DNA from: Candidatus Micrarchaeota archaeon
Lineage (GTDB): Archaea; Micrarchaeota; Micrarchaeia; Norongarragalinales; SBBD01
Direction: 5' to 3'
Length of the DNA: 26,824 nt
NCBI GenBank assembly: GCA_038046605.1
Contig: JBBSVW010000002.1
Coordinates: 1 to 26,824, forward strand
Part shown: piece by piece, positions 8,038 through 14,778 of the stretch
Layout of the letters: each line of letters opens with the position of its first letter
How positions within the stretch are numbered: position 1 is the stretch's first letter
The notes under the pieces: model-generated
What the model saw: the letters and a program-made list of their open reading frames with translations, nothing else
The model's database searches: none
Told to the model about the DNA's origin: nothing
Made by a program: the position numbers and the translations under genes

Positions 8038-9057
8038 ATGTCACTTGAATTCGAGTATTCGACTACCCGCGTTAGGGGGATGCGAAGCAAACTATTGTCG
8101 GCAACGCGCCTTCGGCAGCTTTTGGAGGTGAAAAGCACTTCCGAAATGATCCAGCTTTTGGAGGAGACCGATTACAATGAGGATTTCGTTGCGCAGTCGA
8201 CAAAATTTTCCGGAATGGAACTTATTATGCGCGCGCTCCATGAGAATTTCAAGCACACATTGCAAAAGCTGGTGAGAATAAACCCGGAGGAGGGGCAAAA
8301 GGCGTTAAAATTGCTTCTTCAGGAATACGAGATACAAAACATTTCAACAATCATTTCTGCAAAAGCGGGCGATTTAACAATAACCGATAGCGACTTGATG
8401 GTGGTAGGCAAGGATGAAAAGCGCGAGGTCGAAAAGCTGCTTTTGGCAAAAAACGTTCCCGACATCCTGAAAAAAATGCACAAAACCGAATACGGGCAGG
8501 CGCTTAGGAAGATCGAAGCGCAATACCTGAAAACCGGCGATTTCCGCATACTCACAAGGGCACTTGGCATCTATTATTTCGAAAAGCTCCACAGGCTCTC
8601 CCCGGGCAGGGAGGATTTGCTTTGGAAATTGCTGGCACTTAAATACGGCGTGCGCAACCTTATGATCATCCTTCGCGTAAAGAAATCAAACCCCAAGGCG
8701 GATGCGATTGGCTATTTGCCTTCGAAGGAGGATAGGTTCCTCAAGGAATTAAGCAGGATGGATGATTTTGGGAAGATAATGCAGCGCGTTGCCCAAAAGC
8801 GACCGCACCTTGCATCAGCGGTTGAGGAATGCCAAAAGCAAAATTCCCTCATCCCCCTTGAGATCGCACTTGAAGGGGAGTTCATCGAGGAGATTTTGAA
8901 TTTGCTCAAATTTGCAATGCTTGATTTTGCGGCAATACTGGGCTACTTGTACCTGAAGGAGCTGGAGGTTGCGGCCATACGGAAGATTGCGTATGCCAAG
9001 CAGTATGGGTTCACCGGAGAGTTGAAGGGGATGATTTTCAGCTTCAATGCGGGATGA
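8038..9057 (+). CDS. atpC: A-type ATP synthase subunit C (AC39/d family)
   Basis: N-terminal EYSTTRVRGMRSKLL, C-terminal ILGYLYLKELEVAAIRKIA, 339 aa, and operon position. Confidence 0.9.
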   Translation: MSLEFEYSTTRVRGMRSKLLSATRLRQLLEVKSTSEMIQLLEETDYNEDFVAQSTKFSGMELIMRALHENFKHTLQKLVRINPEEGQKALKLLLQEYEIQNISTIISAKAGDLTITDSDLMVVGKDEKREVEKLLLAKNVPDILKKMHKTEYGQALRKIEAQYLKTGDFRILTRALGIYYFEKLHRLSPGREDLLWKLLALKYGVRNLMIILRVKKSNPKADAIGYLPSKEDRFLKELSRMDDFGKIMQRVAQKRPHLASAVEECQKQNSLIPLEIALEGEFIEEILNLLKFAMLDFAAILGYLYLKELEVAAIRKIAYAKQYGFTGELKGMIFSFNAG

Positions 9058-9156
9058 AAAATAATTGTTGATGGAATATCCGATTGGTTGGGATCCATTT
9101 CAAACGGATTCAACCATTGGTGGCAAAATAATTCAATTGATTTCGAGATGAAAAAA

Positions 9157-9468
9157 ATGGATAAAATCCTTGTTCTTGGGGACCGCGACCTTGTGACCGG
9201 TTTCAAACTCGTAGGCGTGAGGGATGGCGTAGTGTGCTCTGCGGAGGATGCGGACGGGAAGCTGAACGCGCTTTTGCAAAGGCAAGACGCCGGAATAATC
9301 ATTTTTCAGGACGAGTTCTTCGGCAGCCTCTCGCACAAAACCAAGAAGCTGATTGAAACGATCCCTAAGCCGGTGGTTGTGAGCGTCGGAGTGAAGGCCG
9401 CCTCTTCGACGGAGAATCTGCAGGCGATGATCAAGCGCGCAATAGGCATTTCGCTGGAGAAGCTTTAG
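9157..9468 (+). CDS. atpF: A-type ATP synthase subunit F
   Basis: KILVLGDRDLVTGFKLVGV and MIKRAIGI motifs. Start is ATG 9157 or 9148. Confidence 0.93.
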   Translation: MDKILVLGDRDLVTGFKLVGVRDGVVCSAEDADGKLNALLQRQDAGIIIFQDEFFGSLSHKTKKLIETIPKPVVVSVGVKAASSTENLQAMIKRAIGISLEKL

Positions 9469-9571
9469 GCGCGGGTTGAAGGGAAACCGTCGGCATTAGA
9501 AGATTGCATCGCATGCACTTTCTTTTTCCAGCCCCAACCATTAAGTGACGAGTTCACAAAAAATACCCCCC

Positions 9572-9581
9572 TTTTATATAT
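9572..9581 (+). promoter_or_regulatory. TATA box TTTTATATAT of the membrane-anchored HTH gene
   Basis: Lies about 20-28 nt upstream of ATG 9600. No Shine-Dalgarno site, consistent with a leaderless transcript. Confidence 0.5.
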
Positions 9582-9599
9582 TCGGAAAAATAATGCTTT

Positions 9600-10706
9600 A
9601 TGCGCAAATTAGCCCCGGCATTTCTGATTGTTTTTTCCATTTTCGCCCTCATTGCAAGCGCGCAGGATTCACCCCCATCCCTGCCCGCCGGATCATTCAA
9701 TTTGCAGCTGCGGGTCCTTGATTCGGACACCTCAAATCCGCTTATTGCGCACGTTGCTAGCCTTCTTTTCACCGGCGATAGCGGCGAAATCCGCAGTGTA
9801 CAGCTTATTTCCGATGCCGGCTACGTATCCCTTCCCCTTGAAAACGGCAATTGGCGCCTAATTGCGCTCATCGATAGGCAAGAAACGCAGGGGAACGATT
9901 ATTTCGGAATGCAAAGTTTCGAGCTAAAGCGCGATTCGAACCTCACGCTTTACATGATGCCGGCAGCTAGCATCGCCGGAAAAGTACTATTTGAGAACAA
10001 GAGCGTTTCAGGAGCGCGCATTTCCCTTAGGTGCGCATCCGAATTTTATGAGATGGGCAAATTCTATGAGAATGTAAAAAGCGATGAGTTCGGCTCATTT
10101 GCAATGCAAAGCGCCCCTGCTGGGAATTGTGAGATATTCGCAAGCGCAAGCGGCAAAATTGGAAGCACGCAAATCAGCATCACCAGGGGCGAATACAAAA
10201 GCATCCAAATAATCCTTGATTCCCAGCTTCAGGATGATGGAACGAATTTCAACTGGTTAATCCTGGTTGGCGCCCTAATCATCCTAATTGTAGCCATCAA
10301 CAAGATCATTAAAAGATGGATGGGAAAAAATGATGGCGCCGCAGGCATAGCGGATAGGGCTGATTCGAAAGCAAAGGATGCCATAAATGCCCACGCCGTA
10401 AAACCAAAGGCAGGAAAGCGAAGTGGAAAACAATCCAACAATGGAAACGATGATGAGGGAAAGCTGAAGGTTTCCTCCAAAATGAAGGCAATCATTCAAA
10501 CGCTAAACGAAAATGAGAAGAGGATTGTAGACCACCTGCTTGAAAACAATGGCAGGAGCAGGCAGAATAAAATTTATTATGCGCTCCTTATTCCAAAAGT
10601 GACGCTCTCCCGCACTGTGTTTTCGCTGGAGAACAAGAACATCATCAAAACAAGGAGGCTGGGGAAGGTAAAGGAAATTGAACTAAGCGAATGGTTCAGG
10701 AATTAG
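9600..10706 (+). CDS. Membrane-anchored winged-HTH protein with extracellular carboxypeptidase-regulatory-like beta-sandwich domains (COG2512-like)
   Basis: Signal peptide, two beta-rich domains (e.g. IAGKV....SVSGARISL; KSDEFGSF), TM WLILVGALIILIVAI, Lys-rich linker, and C-terminal wHTH LNENEKRIVDHLLENNG...IPKVTLSRTVFSLENKNII. Confidence 0.75.
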   Translation: MRKLAPAFLIVFSIFALIASAQDSPPSLPAGSFNLQLRVLDSDTSNPLIAHVASLLFTGDSGEIRSVQLISDAGYVSLPLENGNWRLIALIDRQETQGNDYFGMQSFELKRDSNLTLYMMPAASIAGKVLFENKSVSGARISLRCASEFYEMGKFYENVKSDEFGSFAMQSAPAGNCEIFASASGKIGSTQISITRGEYKSIQIILDSQLQDDGTNFNWLILVGALIILIVAINKIIKRWMGKNDGAAGIADRADSKAKDAINAHAVKPKAGKRSGKQSNNGNDDEGKLKVSSKMKAIIQTLNENEKRIVDHLLENNGRSRQNKIYYALLIPKVTLSRTVFSLENKNIIKTRRLGKVKEIELSEWFRN

Positions 10707-11044
10707 GTGTGCGATGGATGCGGGTGCTTGAACTTTACCGAAATTTCATCTGGCGCCTTTAACGAAACGATAGCCATGTCGCCCGGATGGATTATATCGG
10801 AAAATTCCTTTGGGAATCGCACATACGGGGATTCTTTTATTTCTCCGACCTTCACCTGCATCCCGTGCCTTAGCTTATTTAATTTGAGGTACCTTTGCGC
10901 ATCGAGTGGATGCAATGCCTCTTCCTTGCAATTTCCGCACCTCCAGCCCCGCATTTTCACTCCCTCCCTGAAAGTAATAATCGCGGGCTTCATCCAGCTG
11001 TTGCACTTATAGCACTGCAGTGTCGAATTCTCAAGATCCTTCAT
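10703..11044 (-). CDS. Putative antitoxin: YgiT/MqsA-type Zn ribbon fused to an AbrB/MazE-like DNA-binding domain
   Basis: CYKC...CGNCKEE zinc ribbon, then KVGEIKESPYVRFPKEFSDIIHPGD (AbrB-like). Start set at ATG 11044 after a GGGAGA Shine-Dalgarno site, overlapping the 3' end of the upstream gene. Confidence 0.65.
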   Translation of the reverse strand: MKDLENSTLQCYKCNSWMKPAIITFREGVKMRGWRCGNCKEEALHPLDAQRYLKLNKLRHGMQVKVGEIKESPYVRFPKEFSDIIHPGDMAIVSLKAPDEISVKFKHPHPSHT

Positions 11045-11339
11045 TTCTAAATCTCCCGTACTTAAATGTTTCAATTGAAACGTGGATTAATACATAGACT
11101 TCCTCAAGGCTCCCCTCAGGCTGCCTGTCAAGTTTTTCAGCCACGACCACTCGCAATACCTTCGAATCACGCTTGAGGCATCTTTCTATGATTTCCGCTT
11201 TCCTCTTGCTTGCCGAACATTCGAACCCAAATTCCAAAACTTCAATTACATCCTCTAATTCCAATAGATGATCCCCCAATTCCCTAAACGCGGAGTTAGT
11301 TATGACAATCCGCTTTCCTTGGTATAATGGGTAAAGCAT
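11031..11339 (-). CDS. DUF4258/RelE-BrnT-like small protein, putative toxin
   Basis: 102 aa with the pattern IVITNSAFREL.....LEDVIEVLEFG...KVLRVVV...YVLIHV, coupled to the downstream Zn-ribbon gene. Confidence 0.55.
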   Translation of the reverse strand: MLYPLYQGKRIVITNSAFRELGDHLLELEDVIEVLEFGFECSASKRKAEIIERCLKRDSKVLRVVVAEKLDRQPEGSLEEVYVLIHVSIETFKYGRFRNEGS

Positions 11340-11354
11340 GTTTATTCAGTTCTT

Positions 11355-11387
11355 TACCATAATAATGGTATATACTTTAGGTATATA
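11355..11387. promoter_or_regulatory. Two overlapping palindromes over the promoter of the TA-like pair (candidate operators)
   Basis: TACCAT-N4-ATGGTA (11355-11370) and TATATAC-N5-GTATATA (11369-11387), 16-48 nt upstream of ATG 11339 and overlapping TATA-like sequence. Confidence 0.6.
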
Positions 11388-12025
11388 ATTATTTGCATAC
11401 CAGCCTAAAGTGAAAGTTAGTAGCGTCTCCGGGGGTTAATTAGGATTGGGTAGAAAAAATGTAAACTTCCGGTTGATTTTCAACGCCGGGATTTCGGGTT
11501 ATTTCAGGCTCCAGCTCTTTTCAACAACGCAAACAGCGGGAAGACCCCAAACCGTAATCCTTTGCTGCCGGTGCCTGCCGGTTCCAGGGATTACATAAGG
11601 GCCCATCATTTTCCTGAAAAGGCATGTTAATTTCTCCCCTTCAATCTTGCTCATTTTATCCGGTGGAAAAAAGTTGCTTCCACACTTAAGCAGGCGCTTA
11701 ATTAATCCTTAATGGGGCGCAATTAGGGCTTATTTGACGAAATGGAGCAAAATTCAGGCGATTTCGGCACAATGGAAATGCTAATATACCACCGAATCAT
11801 CCAATAAGTCAAATGGAACGATATCCCACCAAATCGTTCCGCCCAAGTAATATATATCAAAAATTGCGTAAGGATAGTCCGCAGGCTTGCTAACCAAGGG
11901 TTTGCCAAAAAAAATAAAGTTTGGCGGATCAGAAAAGGCATGCCGGTAAAAAAAACCGCGCGGATAAAAATATTTTATAAAATAAAATATTTGCTTAAAA
12001 AAAATAAACAGTTTGGGTGAAACCT

Positions 12026-14749
12026 ATGAACAAATGGTTTGCAGTTTTTGCTTTCGCGCTTTTTGCGCTTTTTATTGCTCCAGATGCGCTTGCCGCAACG
12101 GGCCCTAGTTCCGCATCAGGCGGGGGGGTAAATGCAAAGGTTGATGAACAAACGGGAGTAACGGAGCCCGCGGTTGCGCAGCTTCTGGTCAATCCGAATA
12201 AATATTTCTCACTGCAGTTCCAGCAGGGCTGGAACCTGTTCTCCGTACCCGTGCATACGCCATATATGGGCAGCGCCGCGTTCGCAACAGTACTCAAGAC
12301 GGACTGCACCGAAAGGGCATTCTATTACTACGATTCGAATTCCAAGACTTACATCAAGGAAGGCACTTTGGCAGCGGGCGCCTCGCTTGGCGCGACAAAA
12401 GGGTATTGGTACAAATCCGATGGCAGCTGCACGGTTTCAATTTACGGAAGTGAAATCCTAGAACCGGTCGAGCGTTTGCTATCTGCAGGCTGGAACCAGA
12501 TTGGAGCGCCCTACAAGGCCGTTTCTTTCGAGGAAATTAAAGGCACCTGCGAGGTGATTTCGGGGCCTTACAAATTCAACACAAATGCCTACCAGTGGGA
12601 AAAGGCCAAATTGCTCTCCCCCGGTGAAGGGTATTTCGTCAAGGCAAAGGACAGCTGCATCATCGGAAGCGGAGGGCCGCCCAAGCCGCCGGACACATCA
12701 CCGGTTCCTACAATAATAATCGATAATTGGCCCGACCTTGGGATAAAGGATCTGGAATTCATTCCAGCCAATCCGGCAGCAGGCGAGAACTTCGCGGTTT
12801 ATGCGATAATTTACAACTACGGTTCGGCCGGCGGCTACCTGGATAGCAGCAGCATCTCATTTTCAGTTGTGGGCGTTGTAAACACCGGTGCGGCTGGGAG
12901 CGGCGCCGGAAGCGCGTCGGAAAGCGGTAGCGGCATCTACATCGCGCCAGGCGGGTATTATAAGCTCAAATTTTCCCAGGCACTTTACACTTCCGGATTA
13001 TACGAAGCAAGGGTAAAGGTTCAAGGCAGAAACGACTACAATAGAGGAAACGACGAGTATTTCGAATACTTCACTATTGGTGGAGGAAGGCCTACGAGCA
13101 CACCAAGAGGCTTTGACCCGGTTGCGCAGGATATAACATTCTCAAATAATTATCCCGCTGCGGGCTATTCGGTCGATGTGGCCGGCGTCATTTACAACCG
13201 CGGCCCTGAAGGCGGTTACTTGAACTCAATAAACCTTGATTTCAGTGGAGGCGGGGAAGGCGTGAACGTTGGTGGAGGCACCGGCGCTTCGGTTGGGGGG
13301 AGCATCTACCTCGCGCCCGGCAGTTATTATTATTTAAAAGGCACTAACACATTCCCAACAGGTGGCTGGTGGGCCGGAACCCTCAAATTCTCCGCGTCCG
13401 GGGATGCCGACACTTCCAACAACTATTATGCGGAGAAAATTTATGTGAAGCCCGCCTCAACCCCCACCGCTACGGCAACTCCCGATTGCACATATTCCGG
13501 GGACGGCACCTATTCGATAAAGCCGGGCTGCACAATCAAAGCCAATGACGGATCCAAAGTCATGCTAAAGGAAGTAAGCCAATACGAGGTTGCAGACGCG
13601 GCGCTGAAAAATTACCTTGTGGCGAATTTCCAACTAACGGATTCGTCGGGCACGATAGTGCAATACAATTATTACCTATCTGATGGATCGGATGCATACC
13701 CGTTCGGCGAGGGCAAACTCTACCTGAAAGTCGAGGGAATCAGCACACTTTTGTCGTATCCGGTGCAATACGTCGTCAAGGTCACGGTAAGATCCGGCGG
13801 CACGCCTACGAGCACTCCGGGGGGGTTTGATCTTGGAGTGCAGGATTTGGTGTTCTCAAACTCAAATCCAAAAGTGGGCGAAAGCTTCACAATAACCGCA
13901 ATGCTCTACAATTATGGGGACGTCGGCGGCTACCTGAAATCCCACAGCATCAGCTTCGAGAGCGGTTCTGGAGGCGTAGGCAGCGCAGTCCCAGGGCCGT
14001 CAAGTGCGATTTACATCGGACCGAAGCAATATTACAAATTGCAATTCTCGCAGTCACTATACACGGAAGGCAACTGGAAGGTTACGGTAGGCATAACCCC
14101 TTCGGAAGACATAAACCCGGCGAACGATAAGCTTAGTGAAACGATTTATGTCGGAGGTGCAACCCCTACGGTGACGGCAATTCCTGGAAAGCCAGACCTC
14201 ACAATCGGCACAACTGGTACCAAGGATAATCTGGTCGGAAGCATTGCAAAGCTGCCGTTTACGGTTTATAATTATGGCAGCGCCAAATCCCCCGCAACGA
14301 CCGTTCTGGTGACCGGCGACATCCTCTCGCAGTCTTTTGCGGTTCCGGAATTGCTTCCGGGCGATAGTTATTGGGATACGCTCAGCTTCGCCATCACCGA
14401 CAAGCCGCTTATCGCACTGACTTTGATGGTGGACCCGTACAACTACATTTCCGAGAGCGAGGAAACGAACAACAAGTTTTCTTACACGATCTATCCGGTT
14501 GCATCCAGCACCCCCACTCCGGAGGCAAACATCATCCTGCACAGAACAGTACGCGACTGCAACACGGATAAGCAGGTAGGCCTAGAGCAGGTGTTCGAGG
14601 TGGGAGGCAGCACTGGATACACAAATTATAAATGCACCAGCAGGAAGGCGGAACAGTGCAACTTCGCTGACCCGTATGCTTCGTATTACGATGAGGTGTG
14701 CGAATACCCTTCCAGCATCGGCGGAGGCGGAGGTTCGGGAGGGCCGTGA
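12026..14749 (+). CDS. Large secreted modular surface protein A: signal peptide, GWN-repeat module X, four CARDB-like Ig domains, module Y, C-terminal 4-Cys module Z
   Basis: Shine-Dalgarno GGGTGA at 12015-12020; signal peptide; CARDB-type motifs (PDL...V.N.G...VDP.N.I.ES.E.NN); Pro/Thr linkers; no C-terminal TM. Confidence 0.8.
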   Translation: MNKWFAVFAFALFALFIAPDALAATGPSSASGGGVNAKVDEQTGVTEPAVAQLLVNPNKYFSLQFQQGWNLFSVPVHTPYMGSAAFATVLKTDCTERAFYYYDSNSKTYIKEGTLAAGASLGATKGYWYKSDGSCTVSIYGSEILEPVERLLSAGWNQIGAPYKAVSFEEIKGTCEVISGPYKFNTNAYQWEKAKLLSPGEGYFVKAKDSCIIGSGGPPKPPDTSPVPTIIIDNWPDLGIKDLEFIPANPAAGENFAVYAIIYNYGSAGGYLDSSSISFSVVGVVNTGAAGSGAGSASESGSGIYIAPGGYYKLKFSQALYTSGLYEARVKVQGRNDYNRGNDEYFEYFTIGGGRPTSTPRGFDPVAQDITFSNNYPAAGYSVDVAGVIYNRGPEGGYLNSINLDFSGGGEGVNVGGGTGASVGGSIYLAPGSYYYLKGTNTFPTGGWWAGTLKFSASGDADTSNNYYAEKIYVKPASTPTATATPDCTYSGDGTYSIKPGCTIKANDGSKVMLKEVSQYEVADAALKNYLVANFQLTDSSGTIVQYNYYLSDGSDAYPFGEGKLYLKVEGISTLLSYPVQYVVKVTVRSGGTPTSTPGGFDLGVQDLVFSNSNPKVGESFTITAMLYNYGDVGGYLKSHSISFESGSGGVGSAVPGPSSAIYIGPKQYYKLQFSQSLYTEGNWKVTVGITPSEDINPANDKLSETIYVGGATPTVTAIPGKPDLTIGTTGTKDNLVGSIAKLPFTVYNYGSAKSPATTVLVTGDILSQSFAVPELLPGDSYWDTLSFAITDKPLIALTLMVDPYNYISESEETNNKFSYTIYPVASSTPTPEANIILHRTVRDCNTDKQVGLEQVFEVGGSTGYTNYKCTSRKAEQCNFADPYASYYDEVCEYPSSIGGGGGSGGP

Positions 14750-14778
14750 TTCTCTAAAATAAAAAAGAGGCAATGAAG

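Noticed and set aside
11499-11654. 51-aa minus-strand ORF MSKIEGEKLTCLFRKMMGP...
   Set aside because: No recognisable homology or Shine-Dalgarno site. It cannot be supported, though a small gene is not excluded.
11723-11941. 72-aa minus-strand ORF upstream of the surface cluster
   Set aside because: Atypical composition and no motif; more likely promoter or regulatory DNA.
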